NCBI GenBank assembly: GCA_965644315.1
Contig: CBFFRQ010000025.1
Coordinates: 1-61,543 of the forward strand
From: Caecitellus pseudoparvulus
Lineage: Eukaryota > Protista > Bigyra: Bicosoecida
DNA length: 61,543 nt
Direction: 5' to 3'
In this document: one piece after another, positions 10,330 to 21,613 of the stretch
Numbering within the stretch: position 1 is the first letter of the stretch
Layout: the number at the start of each line of letters is the position of its first letter
The notes under the pieces: model-generated
Told to the model about the DNA's origin: nothing
The model's database searches: none
Seen by the model: the letters and a program-made list of their open reading frames with translations, nothing else
Program-made: the position numbers and the translations under genes

Positions 10330-13300
10330 ATGGCAACAGCTTCCAAACTGCAACGGTTATCGTCAAACACCATCAACCTACAATCTGGCTACGCAGCCTT
10401 GCTCGCCGAGCTCCGGGAGGCGCTCCCAGCTCACCCTGACGTGGCAGTGCGTGCTCACCGGCAACTTGCGGAGCCAGCGGCAGCCGGCACCGCAGCACCA
10501 GCAGCTCACTAAACCCGCCACCATGGCGCACAGGTACACTACCATGACTTGAAGTACACAGTGAAGGTACCTTCTGTGGCTTACGACGTGCCCACCGTCG
10601 CTTCTGCGTGTGTGGGGTGCCTTGCAGGCATGGCTCGCGGCTTGGCGTGCCGAGCCGAAGAGGGCGCGCCACTGCACGTGCTGCAGGGCATCGACGGCAC
10701 TCTGCGACCAGGCACCATGACGTTGGTGTTGGCCCCTCCTGGCCATGGCAAGTCCGCGTTCCTGCAGGCGCTGGGGGGCCGCATCTCGGGAGAAGGAGTC
10801 ACCGGCAAGGTGCGGCTCGCAGCTTCCGGCACCTTGTGCTCACACAACTGACACGCCACCTGCCTCGTCCCGCCGCCACAGGTGACCTATGGAGGCCTCA
10901 CTGCCGATGAAGTGCCTGGCAGCTTGAACAAGCTGGTCGCTTACATGCCCCAGGTGCGCCGCCTTGGCCCCCGCTCGGCGCTTCCGCCCTGCACCCACCT
11001 GCGCACTGTGCCCTGCACAGCACGATGAGCACATGGCGCTGCTGACGGTGCGTGAGACGCTGAACTTTGCCTTGAAAAACGCAGTTGTGGCCAATGAAGG
11101 CCTACTGCAAGATGCCGGCGCCGTAAAGGCCATGGTGCGGCGTGTGGACACCGTCCTGAAGCTGCTTGGGCTGGAGGAGTGTGCGGAGACGTACGTCGGC
11201 AATGACTTGGTGCGAGGCGTTTCAGGCGGCCAGCGCAAGCGCATCAGCATCGGGGAAGTCCTCATCACCAACGCCCGCGTCATGCTGCTGGATGAGTACA
11301 GCACTGGCCTGGACACCTCCACCACGTTTGACATCACCAACGCTCTGCGCCAGTGGACGCGGCACATGGGCGGCGTTCTGGGTGCTTCACTGCTGCAGCC
11401 CACGCCCGAGGTGTACGCACTGTTCGACGACATCGTCCTGCTGCGGGAGGGTGCCGTCGTGTTCCACGGCCCCCGCCACTTGTTGAGGCCGTTCTTTGAA
11501 GCAGCAGGGTGGGTCATCCCGCCCACGGTGGACGAGGCTGACTGGCTGGTGGAGATGCTGACCGACCCGCCGGCCATGTGGGCCAAGGCGCAGCAGCCTG
11601 GCGTCACGCCCTCTGCTGGCCCTGGTGCGCCCCCACTGACGACAGCCGACATGGTCACTGCCTGGCGTGCCAGCGACCTGTGCAGCCGCCTGTCTGCCGC
11701 TGCCCGAGGGCAAGACGTCCCGCCTGGCCCGCCTGGCCCGCCCTCAGAGGCCAGTGACGCGGAGGAGGGTGCTGGCAGTGCCGAGGAGAGCTCTGGGGCT
11801 GCATCGCAGGAAGACGGTGCTGGATCAGAGGAAAGCGCTGACGCGCAGGCCCACACCAAGTCTGACTGGCTCGCAGGGTACTCCGCCCCCGCCTTGGCGC
11901 TGCAGTCAGCCTTTGCCAATCAGCAGTTCGGCACAGGCGCCACGCAGAGCTGGGGGGCACACTTTGCGCTGAACCTGTCCCGGCAGTGGAGCTTGCTGAC
12001 GCGCAACCCCATGTACATGGCCGGGAAGTTGATGGACAACTGCCTCATGGGCGCCGCCCTGGGCTCCCTGTTCTGGCAGCTGCCCCAGGAGAGCGCCGTG
12101 GGCCGGCTGGGGGCGGTGGTGTTCGGCCTGGTCCTGGCTGCCTTCTCGAACTTCGCCGTCATTCCCTCTGCGATTGAGGCCCGCAACGTCATCCAGAAGC
12201 AGGACCGCCTGGGCTTCTACCCCATGAGCTCATACGTGGCTGCCACAGCAGTCATGCACCTGCCCGTGGCGGCGCTGGAGAGCATGGCGCTGTCCGCCCT
12301 TATCTACTTCATGCCGGGCTTCGTGAACGACGCCGGCCGCTTCCTGTTCTTCTACCTCTTCATCTTCATGACTGACATGCTCTTCGCCATGGTGTTCCAG
12401 GTCCTCACGTATGTGTCCCCCAACATGGAAGCGGCCCAGTCCCTCTCAGCGCCGCTGGTGTCCCTGTTCCTGCTGTTCGCGGGCCTGCTCAACACCCGCT
12501 CCTCCATCCCCGACTTCATGATTTGGATGTACTGGCTGTCACCCTTTGCCTGGAGCACCCGTGCCGTCGCCCAGAACGAGTTCTTGTCCTCCGAGTACGA
12601 CGCTGCGGTGCCCGGTACGGACAAGAACTTCGGGCAAGTCCTCCTTGAGCGCTTCGAAGTGCAGACGGAGGAAGACTACCAGTGGGCAGGTGTCGTCTTC
12701 AACTTGGCTATGTACGTGCTCGCTTTCGGCCTCACTGTCTTTGCCATCTCCAAGGTCCGCTTCGATGTGGCCATTGGCACTGCTCGCCCGACCAAGGCCG
12801 ACGAAGAAGCTGCACCCCAGGCTGTCCCGGAAGTGCGCCCCGTCCCCCCCAAGACCTTGACCTTTGCAGACCTCGGCTACACAGTGAAGTTGAAGGATGG
12901 CACAGAGCGCGCACTGCTGACTAATGTGAACGGCGTCATGCGCCCCGGCACATGCACCGCGCTCTGCGGCGTGTCGGGGGCTGGCAAGTCCACCCTGCTG
13001 GATGTCCTGGCAGGCCGCAAGACGGCGGGGAAGCAGACAGGGCAGGTGTTCGTGAATGGGCAGGTGCAAGACCCCCTCACATTCGCCCGCATCACTGCGT
13101 ACGTGGAGCAGGAGAGCTTGCTCATGGACCACGCCACGGTGCTGGAGAGCGTGCAGTTCGCCGCTGCGTTGCGCCTGGACCCCGTGACAGTGGATGCCGC
13201 CACTCGTGAAACCATCGTGGCGGAAGTCATGTCCATCATGGAGCTGAACCCCCTGGCAGACCGCATTGTGGGCGAGGCGGGCACGAGGAACGCCCTGTCC

Positions 13301-14746
13301 CCCTCCCAGCGCAAGCTGCTGTCCATCGCCATCGAGCTGGTGTCCCAGCCCTCCATCCTGTTCCTGGACGAGCCCACCAGCGGCCTGGACTCCCGCGCCG
13401 CCGCCAACGTCATGCGCGTCGTGCGCAACATCGCCAACACCGGCCGCACTGTCATCTGCACCATCCACCAGCCCAGCAAGGAGGTGTTCCTGTCCTCCTT
13501 CGATGCCATGCTGCTGCTGCAGCGCGGCGGGCACACTGCATTCTGTGGCAATCTGGGGGTTGACGCTGGCAACATGCTGCAGTACTTTGGCACCTTCCCC
13601 GGTGTGCAGCCCATGCGAGAGGGCGACAACCCCGCAACGTGGATGCTGGATGTGCTGGACGGCGGCTCGGGCACGCTGTCCGCAGAGGCCGGCGACGAAG
13701 AAGCTGCCAAGGCTGGCGGGGAGCAGGGCGTCACTGACTTCCCCGCTGCTTTCAAGCAGAGTGAGCTGGCTGCCAGCGTCAAGGCGGCGGTGCAGGAGGA
13801 AAAGACACGCAGCCAGGGCAGCACGCAGGCGGCACCCCCTGCGCAGTATGCGACAGGGGTGGCGACGCAGCTGTGGCATGTCACAGGGCGCCACTGGCTG
13901 GGCTACTGGCGCAACACGAACTTGAACTTCACGCGGCTGTCCATCCTCACCTTCCTTGGCTTCTTCTTCGGCCTGTCGTACCTCGACACGCCCGGCAACA
14001 CGGTGGGCGGCATCACGTCCCAGATCTCCTTGCTCTTCATCGCGACGTCCTTTGCCGCGCTGATGAACCAGGGTGTCATGCTGCCTGTGCTGGCTAAAGA
14101 ACGGGCAGTCTTCTACCGTGAACGCTCCGCGAACATGTACACCCCTGAGGTGTACGGCATCGCAGTCGTCGTGTGCGAGGTGCCGTACCTGGTCGTCATC
14201 AGCACCGTCATGGCAACCATCTACTACTGGATGGCGGGATTTGAAGCCGACGCTGGTGTGTTTGGCGCCTACTTGCTCATGCACGCCCTGGTTTCGTTCG
14301 CGTACTGCACTCTGGGCATGTTCTTCGCCATTGCCATGGGGGACGTGGAGAGCGGCCAGACCACCGCCTCCCTCATCACGACTTTGTGGCTGCTGCTGGG
14401 CGGCACCTTTGCGCCCTGGCCGACCGTGCCGGAGGGCTGGGCATGGACGCGGTGGATCAACCCTTCGGCGTATGCCGTGAACTCCATGGCCGCCATGCAG
14501 TTCCACTGCGACGCGGAGCCAACGCTTGCAGCCGATGGGTCGGTTGTGGACTTCAACTGCCCGACGCTGAACCTGGTCACAGCAGCCGGCAGCGTGGATA
14601 TTCCAGTCTGGGAGTACGTCAAGAGCACGTATGACATCCGGTATGAGGATCGCTGGACAGACATGGGCTGGGTGGTGGTCATTGGCGCCTTCTGGATCGT
14701 GCTCTTCATGCTGGCCCTGCGCTTCATCTCGCACCTCAAGCGCTGA
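10330..14746 (+). CDS. Full-size ABCG (PDR-type) transporter, NBD-TMD-NBD-TMD
   Basis: NBD1 has APPGHGKS, VSGGQRKR, LLDEYSTGLD. NBD2 has GVSGAGKS, degenerate signature LSPSQRK, FLDEPTSGLD, CTIHQP. Two TMDs. Introns at 10447-10533, 10810-10881 and 10954-11020. Confidence 0.95.
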
Positions 14747-14872
14747 ACCTGCCAGCGCACAATGCATGTTTTCATTAGCACCCTTGCTTCCGCAGCATCT
14801 TGCGCATGCATCAGCCAGCGCCCTGCTAGCTGCGGCTTTCCAACAGAGCTGTGAATTGCTGCAGTCCCGAGC

Positions 14873-16984
14873 CTAGAACACCGGCACTGGAACCACGTGT
14901 AGCATGGCCAGGGCACCAATGTCTTGCACAGGGACGTCACCGCCCTCCAGGTTCTGGATGACAGACCGCGCGAAGGGCGTGGGCCGCTGGATGGTGACGC
15001 TGCCAAGGCTGCCCATGTCCAGCTCGAAAGGCAGCCCTTTGTCGCCACCCTTCAGGGAGTGCAGCAGCTGTGCGCGCTGCGCTGCAAAGTGCTTCTCATC
15101 CCGCTGCGCCAAGGCTCCCAGCCGGGCGCTGACAGCTGACGCCCTCGCCAGCGCGAGCTCTTCTGGCGTTTCAGGAACGACCGTGAGGAGCTCCTGCGCC
15201 GGTGCTTGCTCGGCAAGGCGCAGACCACCCAGTGCCAGCAGCAGCATGCGGAGGGAAACGTGCAGGATTTCGGTGTCGTCCACTGCCTGCTCTAGCACGG
15301 CGTGCTGAGCAGACCCGCTCCTGCGCACGGCCATGGCCACTTCCAACGGCTGGCTGCTCTCTGCCAACGCGAGGCCCTCCATCACCTCCAGCTGTGCGTT
15401 GAGGAGGTCCCGCGGGCCCAGCGTGACTGGCCCACTCCCTGGCAGAATGTCAGTGATGTATGTGGTCTGGCGAATGACGTGCCCGCCAAGGCTCTTTTCC
15501 TCGTACACGCTTTCCACGGCGTAGAACGGCAAGTACTCGACTGCCTCCATGCTCTTGTCGAACGCCTCAGGTCTAAGCAAGCGCAGGTACTGGCTCTCGA
15601 ACTGGAACGACGCCATGCCCATATTTCGCGCCGCGAGGAACGCCAGGCAGCGGCGCATGGTGGCAGCGGGGTGCATCCACAGCGGAAATCGCTGTGAGTC
15701 ACCCGTCTCCTTCAAATCCGACACGGCATCCCACTCGCCGATGCGGAAGAGGTCTCCGAACGCGGAATTCAGGCACATCCACGACACGACACAGGATTCA
15801 CCCGTCAACAGGACAGAACAACTGGCAGCCCTGATGTTGTTGGAGTGGGCTGAGATGAGGCGCTGCAGTGGGGCGGGTGGCAGAGGTGGCAGGTTCAGCC
15901 GGGCTGCCTGCATCTGCTGCAGGTACTCCCTGCACTCCTCGGCCTCCTCTGCACTCAGTGCGCCCAGGAGGCGAGGCAGGTGCGGCCACCGCTCCAAGAT
16001 CAGGCTTGTGGGCGCCTGGTGTGAGTTGACCACCTCATCCACCGGCGCCGACAGTCGAGCAGGGGACAGGCCGCCACCCTCTTTTGACGTGTGCACGAGG
16101 TTCACGGGCGCCATGAGCACTTGCAGGCCAATGGGCACTGTCACCATGTCTGCGCCATCCACCCAGGCCACGGCCAGCCCGGCCAGCCCCGCTGTGGACA
16201 GGTGCAGGCCGTCCCAAATGCCGTGCATGAGCGCGACCTGCTTCCCAGCTGGCGCACTCCACAAGCGCTGGAACAGGAGTGGCCGCAGGTCAGGCCTCGC
16301 AGCTTCCAGGAGGCGAAGGGGCATGCCAGCCGCATGTGCCCGTCGGGTGGCCAGGCGCACCAAGTCCTCATCGCTGCTGTGAGCGACCAGTGCCGCGAGG
16401 CGACCTGCCACGTCACCCGCTGCCTCTGCCGCTTGGGACAGGAAGTAGTAGCCCTTGTTGAAGCGCGCCTCCTTTGCGCCTGCGAAGGCGGTGAGGACGT
16501 CCAGCAGCTTCACATGGGCCACTTCATCTCCCCTTTCACAGTCCGCGAGGCAGCTGGCCGGGTCAGACGTGGGGCTGCACGTGCTCAAGGAATCCTCCTC
16601 GCCTCGCGCATCCAGCAGCTGAGCGGCCTGGTTCCACTCCCGGGCGCGCGCACGCAGCTTTCGAGAAGACTTGCTCTCTTGGCATTCTATCCCGAGACGT
16701 TTGCAGCGCGCGCATGGTCTCTGTATTGTGCACGAGGCGGGGACGCCGGTTGGGCTCGGGTGCGGAAATTGGTCCACCGGCCGCCAACGCACCTTCCCGT
16801 CACACTTCATCTTCACCTTCTGGCAGGCGGCGCAGGTGAGGCCAACGCGAGCACGCCGGCGCTTGCCACTGCTGCGTTTGGGGTCGCCTGCATTGCTTGT
16901 CACTGGGGCAGCAGGGGCATGCTTTGGGCACTGCTCCGATGCGTGGCAGCTTGAGCCAGCCCCAGTGCCGGCTGCTGAAGCCAT
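14873..16984 (-). CDS. Zn(II)2Cys6 binuclear-cluster transcription factor
   Basis: Removing intron 16721-16792 gives CAACQKVKMKCDGKRPCARCKRLGIEC (C-x2-C-x6-C-x5-C-x2-C-x6-C), preceded by the basic stretch KRRRAR. Start MASAAG at 16984 is inferred. Confidence 0.85.
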   Translation of the reverse strand: MASAAGTGAGSSCHASEQCPKHAPAAPVTSNAGDPKRSSGKRRRARVGLTCAACQKVKMKCDGKVRWRPVDQFPHPSPTGVPASCTIQRPCARCKRLGIECQESKSSRKLRARAREWNQAAQLLDARGEEDSLSTCSPTSDPASCLADCERGDEVAHVKLLDVLTAFAGAKEARFNKGYYFLSQAAEAAGDVAGRLAALVAHSSDEDLVRLATRRAHAAGMPLRLLEAARPDLRPLLFQRLWSAPAGKQVALMHGIWDGLHLSTAGLAGLAVAWVDGADMVTVPIGLQVLMAPVNLVHTSKEGGGLSPARLSAPVDEVVNSHQAPTSLILERWPHLPRLLGALSAEEAEECREYLQQMQAARLNLPPLPPAPLQRLISAHSNNIRAASCSVLLTGESCVVSWMCLNSAFGDLFRIGEWDAVSDLKETGDSQRFPLWMHPAATMRRCLAFLAARNMGMASFQFESQYLRLLRPEAFDKSMEAVEYLPFYAVESVYEEKSLGGHVIRQTTYITDILPGSGPVTLGPRDLLNAQLEVMEGLALAESSQPLEVAMAVRRSGSAQHAVLEQAVDDTEILHVSLRMLLLALGGLRLAEQAPAQELLTVVPETPEELALARASAVSARLGALAQRDEKHFAAQRAQLLHSLKGGDKGLPFELDMGSLGSVTIQRPTPFARSVIQNLEGGDVPVQDIGALAMLHVVPVPVF

Positions 16985-17236
16985 TCTCGGCTTCACGGTG
17001 GCCCGCGGTGCACTCCAACCATGTGCACTTCCGTCATGGTTGCGATCTTCGCGCGCTCGTTTGTATCCGGCTGGTTCCTTTGCAGCCCTCGGTGCAGGGC
17101 TTCTGTGCCCGTCGTGAATCCCTGCACCAACCAGCACAGGGACATCGCAGGCGGGCTGCAGGCGCCTGGCCCGCCACGAGCACTCCACAAGCGTGTACTC
17201 CCACTGCCGCTCCCTCTCTAACGGCAATCTCAGCAG

Positions 17237-17845
17237 CTACCTGTCCTCAGCCGAGCTGCTTGCCTCTGGCGCACCCTGACTTGCGTCAGTCTTGCGGTAG
17301 GACATGACCGGCACCAGGCCTGTGCCCTTGCTGTACGCATCGTAGGTGTCCATCATCACTAACACAGCGAAGTACGGCGCCATGGCGGTGCCGTTGCCCA
17401 TCACCAGGAACGGCACGTACCCTGCTCCGAACGCCAAGAAAACGTTGCTGATGTCCGAGTCAGCGTTCACGCCGCCCAGGCGCAGGCCAGAGAGGGTGCC
17501 CTGGTAAATTGCGAAGAATCCCGCACACATGGCGATGCGAGACACCATGAGGCGCGGCAGGTTGGGCGGCACAAACTTGCCGCCACCCGCCTTCACCTTG
17601 GCAGCTCCAGTGCGTTGCCCGTAGTAATCCACCAAGCCAGCACCAGCGCCCACGAATCCACCAGCAACCGTGCCAAGTAGGCTGTACTTTCCTACTGCCT
17701 TCAAGTACTCTGGCCAAGTCCGCTCTTCGGGGCTGGGGGAGCTGCCGTCCTCCACTGCCCCTGCGGAATCTGCCTCCTTGCGCCGGCGCCGCACTCGCCT
17801 GGGTGTGTGGCGGTCTACACCCCACTCAGTCTCGTCCATTGGCAT
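17237..17845 (-). CDS. Tim17/Tim22/Tim23 (PRAT)-like membrane protein
   Basis: Gly-rich TM GTVAGGFVGAGAG followed by PRAT-like GFFAIYQG..L..R....D..N..LA.G and further TMs. Confidence 0.6.
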   Translation of the reverse strand: MPMDETEWGVDRHTPRRVRRRRKEADSAGAVEDGSSPSPEERTWPEYLKAVGKYSLLGTVAGGFVGAGAGLVDYYGQRTGAAKVKAGGGKFVPPNLPRLMVSRIAMCAGFFAIYQGTLSGLRLGGVNADSDISNVFLAFGAGYVPFLVMGNGTAMAPYFAVLVMMDTYDAYSKGTGLVPVMSYRKTDASQGAPEASSSAEDR

Positions 17846-18174
17846 GGTGGATTTCACTGGCCGCCAGGAAGTTCACGTGTCAAGGTCTGTGCTGGAGGTT
17901 TACGGTGCGCTTGGACGATCTGGCCGCTCCGTGTTTTGGCGGAATATGGGCGACGGCTCCTTGCAGCACTGTTAAGGCGTCAGGTGCACAGCAAGGCAAG
18001 GGGAACTCTCTTTCAAAACCATGACTTCTAGATATGCGTTGGATTGAGGTTTGAAGTTTGCAAGCTCATGTGCAGGGACACTCGTGGTTGCTGTCGCGCA
18101 AGCGATTTCCGCACACCCTGACAAGCTTTGCGGCGTCTTTGCACGCCTCTAGTGCGAAGATACGCTCAGCAACG

Positions 18175-19045
18175 ATGATGAACACAGCGTGTGCTGCATC
18201 TCGGGCCATCACTCGCCACATGTCAGCTGCAGCAGCCGGTGTTGGCAGCGCTCAGGGTGTGAATGTCGCTGCGGCGCAGCAAGCGCTGCTCAACGCCGAC
18301 CTGGTGGCCTTTGACGTCGACTCGACAGTGCTGAATGGCGAAGGCATTGACGCGCTGGCTGCCTTGGCTGGGAAGGGCGAGGAGGTGGCAGCCTGGACCG
18401 CCAAGTGAGCGATGCAGCTGAGCGGGGTGTGCTGCTGCTGCGCACGGCATTCGTTCACTCTGCCGCCCCCCCCGCAGGGCCATGGAAGGCGGCGTGACCT
18501 TCGAGGAATCCCTGGCTGCTCGTCTGGACATCATCAAGCCGGACGCTGCGTTGCTCGCGGCGTTTCACGAGTCGGACCCGCTGGAGTTGACTCCGGGCGT
18601 GGCCGAGGTGGTGCAAGCCCTGCTCCGTCGCGGCACGGCAGTGTACCTCGTATCAGGGGGCTTCGACGCCATGATCGCGCCCACTGCAGCTCGCCTGGAC
18701 CTGCCAGCATCCCACGTTCTGGCCAACCACATCAAGCTGGACGCCGAAGGAGCCTTCGCAGGGCATGACGAGGAGGCGTTCACTGCGCGGTCAGGAGGCA
18801 AGGCGCGCGCCGTGGCAGCGCTGAAGGAACGCACTGGGGCCACGACGGTGGTCATGGTGGGGGACGGCGCCACGGACATGGAGGCCAGGCCGCCGGCAGA
18901 CGCGTTCATTGGCTACGGGGGCATCGCTGTGCGGCCGGCGGTGCGGGCCGGCGCCGACTGGTTCGTCACCTCGTGGGACCCGGTACTGGAGCTTCTCAGC
19001 GAGAAGCAGGCGGGTGGCACAGCCCCTGCCTCAGCCGAGAGGTAG
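18175..19045 (+). CDS. PSPH: Phosphoserine phosphatase (HAD), possible mitochondrial presequence
   Basis: FDVDSTV, AMEGGVTFEESLAARL, LVSGGF, GGK, MVGDGATD. Intron 18405-18477. N-terminus MMNTACAASRAITRHMS is presequence-like. Confidence 0.92.
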
Positions 19046-19260
19046 TGGGTCGCTTGGCCGGCGCAGAGGTCGATCCAGCGAAATAGCGAACTCACCGGTA
19101 GCAAGGCGTGGGAAGAACGCCACGAATAAAAACCAACAACCACAGCGAACCGCACCCAAGAGGCAGCTTACAGACCACTTCGCTGGTCTACGCTTGTCTC
19201 TGGCGCGGCTCCGAACGGTGCTGCGAAGGGGGTGCCTGGCTCAATTACCGCACGCCAGCC

Positions 19261-19889
19261 ATGAGGAAGCTGAAATTCCATGAGAAGAAGCTGCTGAAGA
19301 AGGTGGACTTCCTGCAGTGGAAATCAGATCGCACAGCAAGGGAATCCGCAGTTCTGAAGCAGTACATGATCCAAGACCGCCAGGACTACGTCAAGTGGGC
19401 ATCGCACCCTCATGTTCCGCAGCCTCGCCTCGCATGCGCTGCACCGCCTCCATGCTCCCCCCTTGTCCTAGGTACAACCGTCTGGCCGGCCAGGTGACGC
19501 AGATGTCCAAGAAGCTTCTAGGCCTGCCCCCCCACAGCCGTGTGCGCATCGAATTGACCGACAAGCTGCTGGACAAGCTGTTTCTCATGGGTGTCATCAA
19601 CAGCAAGCGCAGCCTGGTGGCGGTGGAGAAGTTGACGTCTGCAGCTTTCGCGCGGCGGCGGCTGCCTGTGGTGCTGGTGCGCATGAAGTTTTGCGAGACG
19701 CTGAAGCAGGCGACACAGTTCATTCAGCAGGGGCACATTCGGGTGGGGCCAGAGGTGGTGACAGACCCCGCCTTCTTCGTCACTCGCAGCATGGAGGATT
19801 TCATCACCTGGGTCGACGGCTCCAAGGTCAAGCGCACAGTGGCCAAGTACAACGACAAGCTGGACGACTTCGACCTGCTGGGAGAGTAG
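19261..19889 (+). CDS. IMP3: U3 snoRNP protein Imp3
   Basis: MRKLKFHEKKLLKKVDFLQWK; intron 19395-19471; RRRLPVV..QGHIRVGPEVVTDPAFFVTRSMEDFITWVD..YNDKLDDFDLL. Confidence 0.97.
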
Positions 19890-19895
19890 TGCCCG

Positions 19896-21230
19896 TCACT
19901 TGGCATGCGCTGCCCACAGCTGCCACGCCAGCTGCAGTGCGCAGCGCCGCAGAGCCTGCTGAGTGTGCACAGCTGACAATTTCTCTGCACCAAGCGCCCA
20001 CCGGCCAGCTTTCACTGCAGCATGGGCTTTGGCCACGACTGGGTGTGCGGACCCCACCACGGGGGCAGTTGTCGCCCCGGCACTGCGCAAGGAGTCAAGC
20101 CGGCGTTGCAGGCCAGCGCAGCGCACTTCCAAGGCCGCCACCCGCAGCTGTGCAGTTTCGCGAGCACTGTCAGCGTCCCGAACCTCTGCAGTTGCCTTGT
20201 TCAGGCGGTTTGTCAGGCGCCGCACAGCTTGCTGGAGGCGGTTCATGCGCTCAGCGCTTGCTATGCTGGCGCCTTCGGCACTTGGCGGCGCCCCCGCCAG
20301 CAACGCCGCCCCTGAGGAACCCTGCCGTTGCTTGGGGAGGGATGCGGAGCGCCTGGTGGCCTTGTGCTGGGCAGAGCGTGTTTGTGCCTGCCGCCTCAAT
20401 GCAGCCATTTGCCCTCTCAGGGCTCTGTTGTCCTCCACCAGCCGCTGGGCGCGCTCTTCCGCCTTGCTAGCGCGCTGCGCTGCCGCGGCCTTGGCCTGCC
20501 GCAGCCCTGCCAGCTTCTGCTTGCTGGCGGCGGCATACGCGACAAGTTGCTCCATTTGCTGCTGTTCTGCGTCGATGAGGGCTGCCTGCAGACGCCGCAT
20601 CTCCGCCAGCGCGGCGTCTCGCTCGTCTTGCGCCAATTGCAGGCTCGCGCTGCTGCCGGCCTCTGTGCGCTGCGCCTCTTGCATCCTGGCCTGCACCCTG
20701 GCCTGCACTTCCGCTTCCAGCGTTTCATGCTTCGCACGCAGCAGCTCCTGCGTTTCCTCGCGCAGGGTGTCTAGCTGCTGCATGGCGGCTGCCACCTGGC
20801 CCGCCACCCGAGCCTCCTGCTCAGCCTTGACTGCCTGGTACTCGGCCTCCAGGCGCTGCAGCCGAGCTGTGGCAGCTGCCTCGGCGCGCTTCACCTGTTC
20901 CGAGATGCGGGCAATGGCCTGTGCCTCCACAGTGCCGTGGCCCTCTTGCACGGCGCCCGCCTGCCGTTGTGTGGCAGCTTGCGCGACAGCCTGTATCTCC
21001 TCCGCCACCGCTTCTGTGATTTCCGCCTGCACGCTGCGCAAGCGGGCTGCCTGGTCGGCTATGTGCTGAATCATGTGATCCTGCACCTGGCGTGCCATTT
21101 GCAGGTTGCCCCGCACTGTGGCCGCTGCGCTGCGCTGCATGGAAGCCAACTCCTGCATGTCTTGCAGGACCGGGCTGGGTTGTGGGGCTGCAGGCGGAGC
21201 CCACCCCTCCTGTGGCACCTTCACTGACAT
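19896..21230 (-). CDS. Hypothetical coiled-coil protein
   Basis: Long A/E/Q/R-rich heptad-like ORF. Start (MSVKVPQ at 21230) and C-terminus are uncertain. Confidence 0.6.
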   Translation of the reverse strand: MSVKVPQEGWAPPAAPQPSPVLQDMQELASMQRSAAATVRGNLQMARQVQDHMIQHIADQAARLRSVQAEITEAVAEEIQAVAQAATQRQAGAVQEGHGTVEAQAIARISEQVKRAEAAATARLQRLEAEYQAVKAEQEARVAGQVAAAMQQLDTLREETQELLRAKHETLEAEVQARVQARMQEAQRTEAGSSASLQLAQDERDAALAEMRRLQAALIDAEQQQMEQLVAYAAASKQKLAGLRQAKAAAAQRASKAEERAQRLVEDNRALRGQMAALRRQAQTRSAQHKATRRSASLPKQRQGSSGAALLAGAPPSAEGASIASAERMNRLQQAVRRLTNRLNKATAEVRDADSARETAQLRVAALEVRCAGLQRRLDSLRSAGATTAPVVGSAHPVVAKAHAAVKAGRWALGAEKLSAVHTQQALRRCALQLAWQLWAAHAK

Positions 21231-21613
21231 GCCAGGTGGTGGAGATGGCGGTCCAGTCGTGGTGGGTGGTGTGGGAGGTGCCTGCGGTGTGGAGGGGGGC
21301 TGCAAGGCAGCTTTCGCGCGTTTCCTCCGCGTTTCATGTGTCCACGCCCCCCTCCGAACCGGGTCTCCAAGCTCCAGACGGCGGCAGCGTGGGTTCGACA
21401 TGGCAGTGTGTTCAACAGGATATCATGAACATGCCAAGGGGGTGAAGGTAGCGTCTCGTCTCGTCGGCAACTCCTTGAAGGAGCAGTGTAGTGGCTTGTG
21501 CAAGCTGCCGTTGCACTGGCAACAAACTGTGCAGCGCGAGAATACAAATGTACATTCAATGGGGGGGACAGCCACAGCATAAACGGGCGTGTGACTTCAA
21601 TTGACTTGGCCCG

